Source: an uncultured Spirochaetota bacterium (GTDB taxonomy: Bacteria; Spirochaetota; Spirochaetia; SZUA-6; Fen-1364). From it: DNA of 64,000 nucleotides. How positions within the stretch are numbered: position 1 is the first letter of the stretch; the number at the start of each line of letters is the position of its first letter. Under the pieces are notes generated by a model that did not search any database, was not told the origin of the DNA, and saw only the letters and a program-made list of their open reading frames with translations. Positions 9,806 to 19,856 of this stretch are shown here, one piece after another. Location of the stretch: NCBI GenBank assembly GCA_963845535.1, contig CAWJSK010000016.1, positions 1 through 64,000 on the forward strand, in the 5' to 3' direction. The position numbers were made by a program, and so were the translations under genes.

Positions 9806-11132
9806 TCACGGGTACGCCACCGGCGTGATGATCTTGAATCGAACATCTTCAGGAGCAGAGGGGAAGTCTTCCTGCGATCCCACTGTGACATACAGCATGA
9901 CAACCCCTGCGGAAAAAGCGGGATCACTGTAGGAGACCTGACGAGATGCGTCACCGTTGAAGGTGACCACAAAGGAATCCCGAGCGGGCTGCGCGACGGA
10001 GACTTTGTTCACCTGCATGAACCCTTTCTGCAGAGCGCTAGTGGCTGTCCAGGGAACCAGCGTTGTGTATGACCCAGCCTGGCGCTTTTGAACGATGAAC
10101 TGGCCTTTCGTATTGATGAGTATCTGGTAGAAATTGTCATTGTCTTGAAAGCAATACTGAAATCCGAATCCTTGTATGTCCATGCCACTTACTTTTTCCA
10201 TTGAAACCGTAACTGGATTCTCGGAAAGCAGCAGACTATCGTCGCCTGGAAACGACTTGTCCCACCATCCCTTTGCCGACGGATTATCCGTCTTGAACTG
10301 CATGTAACCGTCTCCATCAGGCGCCCAGACGCTTACCCTGCAGGTGGCACTCGCTCCGCCGCTGCCAGCGGTTATCAGGGTCACGCCCGCTGCGGCGGCG
10401 GAGACCAGGCCTGAGGAATCCACGGTAGCGATACTGGGATCAGAAGAGCTCCACGTGAGGGCTGGGGAGATATCCGATGGGGTCACCGTGGCGGTCAGTC
10501 GACCTGTGCTTCCTTGAAACAGGCTCAAGCCTGTTTTGTCCAGGGCTATTTTCCCCGTGGGCTGCGCGGGACGGACTCCTGAGACCTCTTCGTATGCCTC
10601 CTGTATTGTCTGGTTTGCCATCGAGGCATCGCTCAGTTTCCATTTCCTGAAGTTCTCGCTCTTCCACAGGCCGTCAAGCAAGTCTCGCGCAGAACTCTGA
10701 GTCAGCGGATCCCAGCGCCCCTGCATGTGAAGGACTGACCCATCGTGGTACTTTCTGGACACGAAGATTTTCCCCAGAATAGTGAGTCTTTTGGGTTCCA
10801 GCTCGAAAGAGATGTCCGGCTTCCAAGGTGAGCTCTTCCGGCCGTCGTTGTACTCGAACGTTGTTTCCACAACTGAGTATTTGCCAGGAGGCAGCCCGTA
10901 GAGAAAAACGTAAGGACTGGAATCGTCCATGGTGAGTAGGGTTGCCTTCTGGTCGGACATCCCGAGGATGCGAACCGTAAAGTGTCCAAACGCATTGAAG
11001 CCAGCCTCCTGGCTCTGGAGCACAGGAACAACCAAGGCTGTGTCGTTATCGCTCTGTGGCTCTCGTAGCGAAACGCAGGCGGCCAAAAGCGAAACACTGA
11101 AGACTAAGGCGGACGGTCACTGATCTTCTCAA
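9806..11132 (-). CDS. Lipoprotein with Ig-like (Big_2) domain; frameshift in signal peptide
   Basis: Lipobox LLAAC; Big_2 motif LTATVTP..LTWSSSDPSIATVDSSGLV; SD AAGGAGG + TTG at 11132 is one base out of frame (extra C near 11111). Confidence 0.7.
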
Positions 11133-11475
11133 TGGACTTTCCTCCTTTGGCGATTTCTCTGAACGCAATTATACGACAATAGCTTGCTTTTTGTCCTTAC
11201 AGCCTTACAGCCCGCAGTTGCGCAAGGGGAGGCATCCCGAAAGGGAGGGAAAGAAAGCAGGGTGCTCCACGCATGTTTGCGAAGTGGACCGAAAGATCTA
11301 TAAGCCCCCGGACAAACGATCCCTCTGATATTCTCTTGCGGTCACGTTTTTCAGGCAGACCCCTTTCGGTTCTTCTGTTGCATGGAGGCCGGCGAACGGC
11401 GTCCCAAGTAGGTTGGCGCTCCTGATACCAGGATTACTGTTCTTAGCGAACAAGCTCCGACGCCCCGAGACAAAT

Positions 11476-11590
11476 TGACCTTCCCCGGAACTTGAGCACG
11501 GGAATCACCGTTCGCCGGTTGGTCAGAGTATATCTCGAATTTCATCAAACCACTACCGAGGTAATCTACGGATAAAACTCGACGCGTGAC
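11476..11590 (-). mobile_element. Possible IS3-family right-end remnant
   Basis: TGACCTTCCCCGGAACTTGAGCAC resembles an IS3-type terminal repeat; minus strand reads RRVLSVDYLGSGLMKFE, loosely like an IS3 transposase C-terminus. Confidence 0.25.
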
Positions 11591-11817
11591 TCCGAAGCAC
11601 TTCCGTGACAACCTGACACGAATCGGTGGTTATAATGCCTTTAAGTCATGAAGACCATGCGAGTCGAAAAGGCACAGTCCGGAGTCTGACGGCGCATGGC
11701 CCTGGCGCAAGTGCCGCACCCGAGGGATCGTAACGCATCCACCGCCAGGCGTGGATAGACGCGGCCAGTAGCGCGAGGGAGGACTATGGAACCAAGTCTC
11801 GTCGCCCGTCACGCTGA

Positions 11818-12693
11818 TCAAGTGTCTTTCATCACGCGGACAGGCACGGGCATCCGTGGAGCAGCCCTCAAGAACCGCACCGACGGGTACCCGACGAGGA
11901 TGACCGCGTGCACGTTATCTTGCCGCGTTAGACCGATGAGCCGCTTGCACGCACTGCTCGCGTTGATGGCGCTTTGGGCGAGGGTGACAAAACAGGTTCC
12001 CAGTCCAAGAGATTGCCCGGCGAGGCACAGAGCGTATCCCGCCAGCACCGAATCTTCCCTGGGGGTGGGGATGGGCTCGCGCGAATGGATGATGATGACG
12101 ACAGGCGCACGGTAGAATACGGGATCCTCCCCGGCGTGCAGACGTAACATGATATCCCGCATTCTTCCGCCGTATTCACGATCTTTGAGGAAAGCCCTGG
12201 ATTGCCTGTCGACGAAGGGCCGGAGGAGCCTTCGGAGCACCGGATTGTTCATCAGGGCGCTTCGTAATCGATAAACCCGCTTGATCTCGGTCATGAGCTT
12301 CTTGCGCGTGCGATCGCCGGTGAGGACGGTGAACTCGTGCGAATGGCGGTTGCCGCCTGACGGGACATACGCGGCCGTCCTGAAGAGTTTCGCCAACAGA
12401 TTCTCTGGCACAACGTCGGGCAGAAAATGCCGAACGCTCCGTCGCGAGGCAAGAAAGTTGGTGAGCTCCTGGATTCCGATGGGCGGGGTGGGCTCGGCAT
12501 CGTCAGCCAGATTCGTCCCGTCACGTACCGTGATGGCCCCGGAAGGACAGACCGCGAAACAATGAAAGCATTTCTCACACGTGGCCCATGCGTGATCGCG
12601 AAGCACCTGCGGACCGCCATGGCCGCATTCCCGGATACATGCGCCGCAGTTGGTGCATTGCTCCATGTCAATCTCGATAGCAATCATGCTCAT
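11818..12693 (-). CDS. Nitroreductase with N-terminal 2x[4Fe-4S] ferredoxin domain
   Basis: CTNCGACIREC and CEKCFHCFAVCP, then RRSVRHF, PSGGN, SLGLGTC. Confidence 0.9.
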   Translation of the reverse strand: MSMIAIEIDMEQCTNCGACIRECGHGGPQVLRDHAWATCEKCFHCFAVCPSGAITVRDGTNLADDAEPTPPIGIQELTNFLASRRSVRHFLPDVVPENLLAKLFRTAAYVPSGGNRHSHEFTVLTGDRTRKKLMTEIKRVYRLRSALMNNPVLRRLLRPFVDRQSRAFLKDREYGGRMRDIMLRLHAGEDPVFYRAPVVIIIHSREPIPTPREDSVLAGYALCLAGQSLGLGTCFVTLAQSAINASSACKRLIGLTRQDNVHAVILVGYPSVRFLRAAPRMPVPVRVMKDT

Positions 12694-12752
12694 TCCGAAT
12701 CTCTCCCTTCTTCTTGCCCTCGAGAGATTCGATGCAGAAACCACGGTCCCGG

Positions 12753-13559
12753 TTATGGGTGCCTTTCAGTTTTTTTCTGGAGCTCCGCGAGATAGCTCTT
12801 CAGGGTTTCAGCCTTGAAGGCGAGGTGAGGAAGCTTGCTGTAGAGCTCGCCGATCTCATCCACCTGCCGGCTTACGAACTCGATGTACGCTGGGTCGGAA
12901 TCGGTCTCCCTCGCCTTCAGGCGCACGCGCCCGAGCAGCTCCGGATCAAAGGCGAGGGCGAAAGGCACACGCGACTTGCAGGAACAAGAAGCATGGTCCG
13001 GATTCAACCATTGGCAGCGGGCGCGGAAGAACTTCTCGAGCTTGTCGTGAGCCCTGTGCAGGCGCGCCTTCACCACATTCTCCGAGACTTGAAGGACCTC
13101 TGCGATCTCCCGGTAAGTGAAGCCGAGCACCATGCGCATGATGTAAGGGACTCGCTGCTCATCGGTTAGCCGGAAGGCCATGAAATGCAGACATCCCTGG
13201 TTGACCTCAGCAAGGAGCGCCTGAAGGTAGACCGCCTTTTCGGGCTCGTCGTACCACTCCTGCACCTCAGCGGGGACCTCGTTTCCGAAGGCTTCGATCT
13301 TCTCGTCCAGCGAGTCCAGATACGCGCGGTCCAAGCCCCTCTTCACCTTCAGGGCGGCGTTCACCGCAATCCTGTAGATCCACGTGTAAGGGTGGCTTTC
13401 ACCGCGGAAGCTTGGAAGGCCCGTGAAGACCTGCAGGAAAGTCTCCTGCACAACATCCTCGGCGTCCTGCTTGTTCCCTGTGATGCGGAAGGCGAGATTG
13501 AAGACCTGCCCGCTGTACGTCTCCACCAGCTCGTTAAAGTTCAAAATCGGGGATCCCAC
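12753..13559 (-). CDS. ECF RNA polymerase sigma factor with Cys-rich C-terminal extension
   Basis: DAEDVVQETF, TWIYRIAVN, YREIAEVL..VKARLHRA, tail RCQWLNPDHASCSC; start uncertain (13559 or 13592). Confidence 0.88.
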   Translation of the reverse strand: MGSPILNFNELVETYSGQVFNLAFRITGNKQDAEDVVQETFLQVFTGLPSFRGESHPYTWIYRIAVNAALKVKRGLDRAYLDSLDEKIEAFGNEVPAEVQEWYDEPEKAVYLQALLAEVNQGCLHFMAFRLTDEQRVPYIMRMVLGFTYREIAEVLQVSENVVKARLHRAHDKLEKFFRARCQWLNPDHASCSCKSRVPFALAFDPELLGRVRLKARETDSDPAYIEFVSRQVDEIGELYSKLPHLAFKAETLKSYLAELQKKTERHP

Positions 13560-13581
13560 GCTTCTCCCCACCCTTCCTTGA

Positions 13582-14373
13582 TCATGGCCCAACCGTATAT
13601 TCCACCAGCGCCTCGCCGCTGCTGATGCGCTCAGAAAGCCTTTTCACGAAGCGCGCAGCGGGAGCCCCGTCTACTATGTCATGGTCGAAGGAGACCGTCA
13701 AACAGAGATGCTCTCGCATTTCGGGACGGCCATCTTCCATCATCAAACGCTCCACTATGCTTCCCACGGTGACGAGCACCGTTGCCCCACCGAGAGGAAT
13801 GAACCAAAGCGCCTTATTGCCGAACATGCCGACCGCGGTAACGCTTACAGTCCCAAAGCGCTCCATCATGGATACGCTGTGAGAGGCCGTTCGAATGAAA
13901 ATGCGAAGGAGGAAGCTCGGAATGAATCGGACCCACTCCATCCCGGAAAGGCTGCCATATTTCGCACTGCCGCGCTGAGCGGCCCTGATCTCATCGTGAA
14001 TCTGACGATACGTCTTTGATTGCGCTGCACGGATTCCAAGAGGTTCAGGGGCTTTTTCGCCGTCGATTTCTCGCTCAACAAAAGCACCCACGGTCACGTC
14101 GCTCAGCAAAATCAGCTTGCGCCTCCTGCGAAAGGAGTTCAATTCGGGATTTTCAGCCACCGCACGAGCCAGGCAAGCAATGACGTATGCGGTCAGAGAT
14201 AGCGTTTCTCCAGTTCGCTCCTTGTGCTCTCGCATGATCCGTCGCGGTTCACTGATATCAACCTCAGTGATCGCGTGGATCGTAAGTCTCTCGTTGGCGA
14301 CGGCAGCGGCTGCCGCCGCTACCCGCCTCTGTGCGGGAAATGAGACAACTCTGTGCCCGCACTGTTTGCTCAC
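13582..14373 (-). CDS. Stand-alone 2-oxoacid dehydrogenase E2-type acyltransferase catalytic domain
   Basis: FDHDIVDGAPAARF catalytic motif; no lipoyl or E3-binding domain. Confidence 0.85.
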   Translation of the reverse strand: MSKQCGHRVVSFPAQRRVAAAAAAVANERLTIHAITEVDISEPRRIMREHKERTGETLSLTAYVIACLARAVAENPELNSFRRRRKLILLSDVTVGAFVEREIDGEKAPEPLGIRAAQSKTYRQIHDEIRAAQRGSAKYGSLSGMEWVRFIPSFLLRIFIRTASHSVSMMERFGTVSVTAVGMFGNKALWFIPLGGATVLVTVGSIVERLMMEDGRPEMREHLCLTVSFDHDIVDGAPAARFVKRLSERISSGEALVEYTVGP

Positions 14374-14388
14374 GATGGCGCCTCTCTT

Positions 14389-15171
14389 TCAGCCCGCGGA
14401 GGCGAGGCGCTCCTTGATGTAGGCGAAGCTCTGGGCGACGGACCGGAACGGATCATCGCGGTCAAAGTGGTCGTCCTGCTCGACGATGAACCACCTGGTC
14501 CTGGCCGCGTCAGCCGCCTTTATCAGCCGGGGCCAGGAGAGATTCCCCTGGCCGATCTCTTCGAAGACCGGCGTCCGCAGCCTGGTTACGCCGTAGTCCT
14601 TGAGATGAAGCAGGGGAATGCGCCCGCGGTACCGCTGGCACATCTCCGCGGGGTCGAATCCACCCGCCTGTGCCCAATACGTATCCAGCTCCAGCTTCAG
14701 ATGGTCCGGATCCGTCAGCTCCATCAGCCATTCCAGGATCGTCTTGCCCCCGACCCGCACGAGCTCGATGTCGTGGTGGTGGTAAGAGAGCTCGATGCCC
14801 GAGGCCCGGAGGGTCCTCCCCGCACGATCCAGCCTGCCGGCGAAGGATCGGACGTCCCGCATCGTTCCGAGGGCGATGTCCCGCGGGAAGGGATAGGCCG
14901 TGGAGGTGCAGCCAAGCTCGTGCAGCCGCTCGGCCACCCGCTCCGGCTGCCCGAGGATCTGGTGGCCCGGTTCGTGGGTGGAGCAACAGAGAAGTCCATT
15001 GTCGTCAAGCATTGTCCGCAGCTCAGATACCGGGAGATCGCCCAGGCCGGCGGCTTCGACCGCGCGGTAGCCGATCTTTGTGACGCGCGCCAAGGTCGCG
15101 CGTACCTCGGTGGCGGTTTTCAGGTGAGATCGGAGTGAATAGAGCTGCACGGCCACGCGGGAAAGCTTCAT
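14389..15171 (-). CDS. Sugar phosphate isomerase/epimerase (xylose-isomerase-like TIM barrel)
   Basis: VQLYSLR, YHHHDIE, ELDTYW, HLKD, EIGQG, VEQD. Confidence 0.88.
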   Translation of the reverse strand: MKLSRVAVQLYSLRSHLKTATEVRATLARVTKIGYRAVEAAGLGDLPVSELRTMLDDNGLLCCSTHEPGHQILGQPERVAERLHELGCTSTAYPFPRDIALGTMRDVRSFAGRLDRAGRTLRASGIELSYHHHDIELVRVGGKTILEWLMELTDPDHLKLELDTYWAQAGGFDPAEMCQRYRGRIPLLHLKDYGVTRLRTPVFEEIGQGNLSWPRLIKAADAARTRWFIVEQDDHFDRDDPFRSVAQSFAYIKERLASAG

Positions 15172-15202
15172 ATGGACCCCTGGCAAAGAAGGATTCAAGA
15201 AG

Positions 15203-15216
15203 TTACATCGTGTCAA
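15203..15216. promoter_or_regulatory. Possible LacI-type operator
   Basis: TTACATCGTGTCAA, imperfect palindrome with central CG between divergent epimerase and LacI genes; overlaps a minus-strand TTGACA. Confidence 0.35.
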
Positions 15217-15238
15217 GGCCCTGCTACCCTTCCAGTCG

Positions 15239-15721
15239 ATGAGCAAAGATAAGCCCAGGCCGAGCCTTGAGGACGTGGCCCGCTTGGCTGAAGTGTCCCC
15301 GGCGTCGGTCTCGCGGGTCTTGAACAACGTCCAGCCCACCAGCGAACGGCTTCGCCAGCAGGTCGAGGCGGCAGCCCGACAGCTCGGGTACCACCCCAAG
15401 AAGATCCAGCAGAAGACGGCGCCGTCCACGCTGGCCATCCTGGTGCCGGACTTGCAAAACCCGTATTTCACGGAGATAGCCGAGGGGATCGAGAGCCGCG
15501 CGAGTGAGCTCCACCTTGTGACCATCCTTTTGCCGTTGCGCAACGGCGCCGACGACCTCGAGCGGGTGTTCACCTTCCTCCCCTCGATCAGTCTCGCGGG
15601 CTGCATCATCCTCGGCGATGTCATCGACGAGAAGAGCCTCGTCTCACTCGCCGAGCGGATGAGATGTTCATTCGTGATCGTCAATTACCGGATCGAAGGT
15701 GCCCGCTTCCGTACTGGATGA
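15239..15721 (+). pseudogene. Truncated LacI-family regulator
   Basis: LEDVARLAEVSPASVSRVLN HTH, LGYHP, PDLQNPYF; stops at 160 aa, about half the usual length. Confidence 0.8.
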
Positions 15722-15774
15722 CTTGTTCCCAGGCCCCGGCGGCGAAGCGCCGATGGCCTACGCCTGGTGACACC

Positions 15775-15814
15775 CAGTGTAGCTCTTTTGCTACACTGTA
15801 GTGATTTTGCTACA
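15775..15814. promoter_or_regulatory. Tandem palindromes TGTAG-N8-CTACA (candidate enhancer sites)
   Basis: TGTAGCTCTTTTGCTACA (15778-15795) and TGTAGTGATTTTGCTACA (15797-15814). Confidence 0.6.
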
Positions 15815-15945
15815 AAAGACAAGCGTGTCGCAGTTAGAAAGACTTAGGATTGACATCAGGTCCATATAAGTCATCTTATAAGCAAATCGATACAGCACAA
15901 GAAGTTAATAGAAAAAGATCGAGCACATATTACAGTTTTCGAAAG

Positions 15946-15962
15946 TTGGCACGATAACTGTA
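15946..15962 (+). promoter_or_regulatory. Candidate sigma54 (-24/-12) promoter of the MCP gene
   Basis: TTGGCACGATAACTGTA: consensus -24 element, -12 reads GT instead of GC. Confidence 0.5.
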
Positions 15963-16011
15963 TCTGCTGAAGCGGGAAAAAGCACCTCAAGCAAACCTCA
16001 GAGGAGAATCG

Positions 16012-18186
16012 ATGCTCAAGAACATGAAGATCAGCGCAAAGCTGATACTGGTTGGAACCATTATCATCGCCGTGCCCCTGATCGCCGTGGCATTCCTTGC
16101 CGTGGAACGGGCAAAGGCGGGACTCCAGGAGCTCAGCGACGAGCAGCTCGTAAGCCGGGCGCAGGAGATTGCCGCAAACATAGACGGGATCTATACCGAG
16201 GAGCTGAAGCTGGCCACAAGCCTTGCCGACAGCCCCGTCATCATCGCTGCTGCCCGGGAGCGCGCCGCGGCGGACGCCACACAGGGAGGCAAAGTGAAGC
16301 CGGCGGCTCATGCTGGTGAGGCGATTGCCGCCGCGACAGAGCATCTTGCCCCGTTCGGGAAGATCCCTGAGATTGGCGGATCCTACGAAGCGGTGAACAT
16401 CATGGACACGAACGGGATTGTGTTTGCTGCCGCGACCCCGGCCTCCATGGGAGTGGACGCCCATGAGAGGGAATACTTCAAGAAGGCAATGGCGGGAGAG
16501 GCCAACATAGGGTCGGTTGTCATCAGCAAGGTTACGGGGCAACCTATCACGCCAATCGCGGTCCCTGTTGCGTCCGACGGCAAAGTCATTGGCGTGTTCA
16601 CAATGATGCTGCGCATCGACTTTCTGGGAGCCATTGTCGGACGGGAAAAGGTGGGCCGCACAGGCTATGCGGTCGTGATTGACAAGGCAGGAATGGTGAT
16701 TGCCCACCCCCAAGCGGATCTCATCATGAAGATGAATGCGCTGGAGACCGACGGAATGAAGGAATACACAAAGGACATGGTGGACGGCAAGACTGGCGTG
16801 GCCGCATTCATGTTCAAGGGCGTCCCCAAGGAGGCAGGCTACGCGCCGGTCAAAAATACGGGCTGGAGCGTCACACTCACGGTGCCTCAAAGCGAATATC
16901 TCGCGGTGGCCAACGATGTTCGCTCCGTTTTGATCCTGATCACCGCCGCAGCGCTCCTGGTCGCCGTCCTGCTCTACTTGCTCTTCGCGCGCTCAATTAC
17001 AGTCCCCCTCTCCAAGGGAGTGGCTTTCGCGCAGACGGTAGCCTCGGGAGACTTTACGCGCAGGCTCGACATCGACCAGCGTGATGAGATTGGCGCTCTT
17101 GCCAAGGCGCTCAACGGCATGTCCGACAAGCTCTCCGACATGGTCGGAGTTGTGCAGGAAAACGCGGAGCAGCTCGCGGCGTCCAGCGAGCAAATTTCCG
17201 CCAGCGCCCAGAGGCTTTCCGAGGGCGCGCAGAGCCAGGCCTCCAGCCTGGAAGAGACCAGCGCGTCCGTGGAGGAGCTGACTGCCTCAGTGGACCAGGT
17301 TGCCGAGCACGCCCAGTCGCAGGCCGCGGCCGCGGAGGAGGGCACCTCGTCCATGACCCAGGCGCTCGGAACGATCCAGGACGTTTCCAAGAGGCTGGAG
17401 GAGATCTCCGCCCTTGCCCGAAAGTCGGTGGACAGTGCCGTGTCGGGGGCCGAGGCGGTGCAATCAGTTGTCGAAGGGATCAACGCCATCGCCACCAGCT
17501 CCGAGAAAATCGGGGGGATCGTGAACGTGATCTCCGATATCGCGGACCAGACCAACCTCCTTGCCTTGAATGCCTCCATCGAGGCGGCTCGGGCAGGGGA
17601 GCACGGCAGGGGATTCGCCGTGGTGGCTGACGAAGTGAGCAAGCTCGCGGACCGAAGCTCCTCTTCAACCAAGGAAATCGAGCTCCTCATCAAGGAAAGC
17701 ATCAAGAGCGTGACAACAGGAGTGGAGACATCAAAGCGCTCGGAAGTGGCCATGGAGGAGATACGGGCGGCTTCGAAGAAAGTGAACGAAATGATCACCG
17801 AGGTCTCAGAAGCCATGGGGATGCAGGTCACCGCGATCAAGGAGCTGGCCAAGGCGCTGGAAAACGTTTCGGAAATGAGCCAGAGCATTTCGGCTTCAAC
17901 CGAGGAACAGACCTCCAACGCAAAGCAGGTGTCCAAGGCCGTGGAAGGGGTCAACGAGATCACTCAGAGCTCGGCCTCGGCGGCGGAGGAAATGTCCGCG
18001 TCCACGGAGCAGCTCACCACGATGGCGCTGGAGCTTCGAGGCCTTGTGGGCCAGTTCAAGATCGTGGAGAAAGAAAACGGCGCAGCCCTGGATACCGCAA
18101 CCGCCAGAAAAGGGATTACGGGAGCTGCCGACGAGGTATCCGCGGCGATTGCTGCCCAGCACGCTGCGCTCCCAGCAAGTACCTGA
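16012..18186 (+). CDS. Methyl-accepting chemotaxis protein with dCache sensor and HAMP
   Basis: Two TM helices, REYFKKAM Cache motif, [38 protein letters not shown] hairpin. Confidence 0.95.
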   Translation: MLKNMKISAKLILVGTIIIAVPLIAVAFLAVERAKAGLQELSDEQLVSRAQEIAANIDGIYTEELKLATSLADSPVIIAAARERAAADATQGGKVKPAAHAGEAIAAATEHLAPFGKIPEIGGSYEAVNIMDTNGIVFAAATPASMGVDAHEREYFKKAMAGEANIGSVVISKVTGQPITPIAVPVASDGKVIGVFTMMLRIDFLGAIVGREKVGRTGYAVVIDKAGMVIAHPQADLIMKMNALETDGMKEYTKDMVDGKTGVAAFMFKGVPKEAGYAPVKNTGWSVTLTVPQSEYLAVANDVRSVLILITAAALLVAVLLYLLFARSITVPLSKGVAFAQTVASGDFTRRLDIDQRDEIGALAKALNGMSDKLSDMVGVVQENAEQLAASSEQISASAQRLSEGAQSQASSLEETSASVEELTASVDQVAEHAQSQAAAAEEGTSSMTQALGTIQDVSKRLEEISALARKSVDSAVSGAEAVQSVVEGINAIATSSEKIGGIVNVISDIADQTNLLALNASIEAARAGEHGRGFAVVADEVSKLADRSSSSTKEIELLIKESIKSVTTGVETSKRSEVAMEEIRAASKKVNEMITEVSEAMGMQVTAIKELAKALENVSEMSQSISASTEEQTSNAKQVSKAVEGVNEITQSSASAAEEMSASTEQLTTMALELRGLVGQFKIVEKENGAALDTATARKGITGAADEVSAAIAAQHAALPAST

Positions 18187-18190
18187 ACGG

Positions 18191-18253
18191 GCGGGCCCCG
18201 AAATGACGGGGCCGCTCCAATCCAAACCGCCCGCCCCGAAAGACGCGGGCGGT
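18191..18253. terminator. Two GC-rich hairpins between convergent genes
   Basis: GCGGGCCCCG/CGGGGCCGC and ACCGCCCGC/GCGGGCGGT stems. Confidence 0.55.
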
Positions 18254-18256
18254 CAT

Positions 18257-18592
18257 TCAGAGCTCAGAAGACCAGAAGGGCCTGACTTCAATCCTGCCGA
18301 AACGGGCCATGGGATGTTTGGCCGCGATCTCGATCGCCTCATCCAGACTCTTGCATTCCAGGATATCGAAGCCCGCGATCCACTCCTTGGTTTCAGCGAA
18401 GGGGCCGTCCGTCCTTATCACTTTGCCGTTTCGCTTTCGAACCGTCACCGCCTGGTCCGGCTCGCCGAGCCGGTTGCCCAGGATGCGGACCCCCCGGCCG
18501 TCCATCTCAGAAACCCAGGACTGGATAGTGTCCTGAGCGGGATCATACTTTTCCGCAGAAGGGTCCGTGCACACAAACATGAGGTACCGCAT
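18257..18592 (-). CDS. YciI family (DGPF) protein
   Basis: TDGPFAETKEWIAGFDILECKSLDEAIEIAAKHP..IEVRP. Confidence 0.9.
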   Translation of the reverse strand: MRYLMFVCTDPSAEKYDPAQDTIQSWVSEMDGRGVRILGNRLGEPDQAVTVRKRNGKVIRTDGPFAETKEWIAGFDILECKSLDEAIEIAAKHPMARFGRIEVRPFWSSEL

Positions 18593-18765
18593 TATGCCGC
18601 ACTCCCCAGATCGTCATCCGAGACGCAGATCCGCGCGGTCCGAAGTCTAACGAGACTCAAAGGGCGCAACGCCTCGCCGTGGATTTTCCCTCGATCCTCC
18701 TGGAAACGAACCGGCGGAATCAAGGTCTTCAAAATATCGAGAACCATCTCGGTAACCGTCTTCAT
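18592..18765 (-). CDS. Small hypothetical protein, 57 aa (below ORF-track cutoff)
   Basis: SD AAAGGAG, ATG, MKTVTEMVLDILKTLIPP..LGSAA; TAA overlaps the yciI ATG (TAATG). Confidence 0.5.
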   Translation of the reverse strand: MKTVTEMVLDILKTLIPPVRFQEDRGKIHGEALRPLSLVRLRTARICVSDDDLGSAA

Positions 18766-18868
18766 ATGGTGCTCCTTTCGGCCTTAGCCTCTCACTCACG
18801 CAATAGTCGTCAGGAGCACCCAAATTCGACAATTGCCTCGTATGGCTTCGGGATCATTTCGATTTCTG

Positions 18869-19720
18869 TCACTCGGAGAGAGACAGCCGGCGTCCAAACT
18901 CGTTGGAGACATTCAGGAAGTGTTTTGGAGGAAAGCCCGTCATTCTCTTGAAATCCCTTGTGAAATGCGCTTGATCGTAGAAGTACTGATACATATCTTC
19001 CTTGAGCGCTTCATACGACGGCGTCCGGGCGATCTTCCGGTAGAACCATTGAAAACGGAATATCCCCGCCAGGGTCTTTGGCGAGACACCGACGTTTCTC
19101 TTGAAAAGAATCTCCAGAGAGCGTCTTTCATAACCAGTCCTGCGTTCCAGGTCGGAAATCGAAGTCTTCCCGTTCGTCCGCCAGAGAAAATCCACGCAAT
19201 ACTCGACGACCGGGTTCTGTGACCGCAGGTCGGACACGGTGTTGCGCGGCCCGTCCCGGTTCAAGCCCTGGAAGAGGCGCTCTTGGATGAAATCCACCTT
19301 TTCCTTGATCCCTTCGAGATCCCGAACCCTCTCCGAGCATCCCTGATTCCAGGTGCTCGAAAGCACCTCGACTGGCAAAAGACGATTCGTCAGCTCGTCC
19401 ATGGGCAGCCTGAAAATGGGAAAAGCCCCGGAGGGAGAAAACTCGATCCCGATGAAACAGGTCTTCCTGGCAGCGGTTCTGAGGACAACAGGAACGTCAC
19501 GAATCCCCACGAAGGAGAGGCTTTGTTCCGGGCTTTCGCGGGTCCTGCCCTGCGCCGTGCTGACAAGCGAGTTTTCGCAGTTGATGATAAGCTTGGAGCA
19601 TCCGTTGGGCGCCGCAAGGCTGATTTCCGAGGAGGGTAGACCAACCGGGCTCTCAAAGACCCAGATGGAACGAATGTAAGGCTTCAACTCGATCCGCGGC
19701 TCGATAAACGACAGCTTCAT
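18869..19720 (-). CDS. AraC-family regulator (DUF6597-like N-terminus)
   Basis: LKPYIRSIW, PNGC, RRSLEILFKRNVGVSPK, FYDQAHFTRDFKRMTGFPP. Confidence 0.88.
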   Translation of the reverse strand: MKLSFIEPRIELKPYIRSIWVFESPVGLPSSEISLAAPNGCSKLIINCENSLVSTAQGRTRESPEQSLSFVGIRDVPVVLRTAARKTCFIGIEFSPSGAFPIFRLPMDELTNRLLPVEVLSSTWNQGCSERVRDLEGIKEKVDFIQERLFQGLNRDGPRNTVSDLRSQNPVVEYCVDFLWRTNGKTSISDLERRTGYERRSLEILFKRNVGVSPKTLAGIFRFQWFYRKIARTPSYEALKEDMYQYFYDQAHFTRDFKRMTGFPPKHFLNVSNEFGRRLSLSE

Positions 19721-19856
19721 TGCCCAACCCTGCTCTGCTCCAGAAGGTGAAAAATATCCCGCGGGCGGTCAAGTGAAATGCCCTGAGCGTTTTGCCCCGT
19801 GGTGTGCTATAATGAAGCCACTCCACCATCACTGCGAGTCATCAAGGATGAACATC

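Noticed and set aside
11225..11300. Possible c-di-GMP riboswitch (CCCGAAAGGG hairpin)
   Set aside because: Lacks the GGCAAA/GCAAAGC core and second stem.
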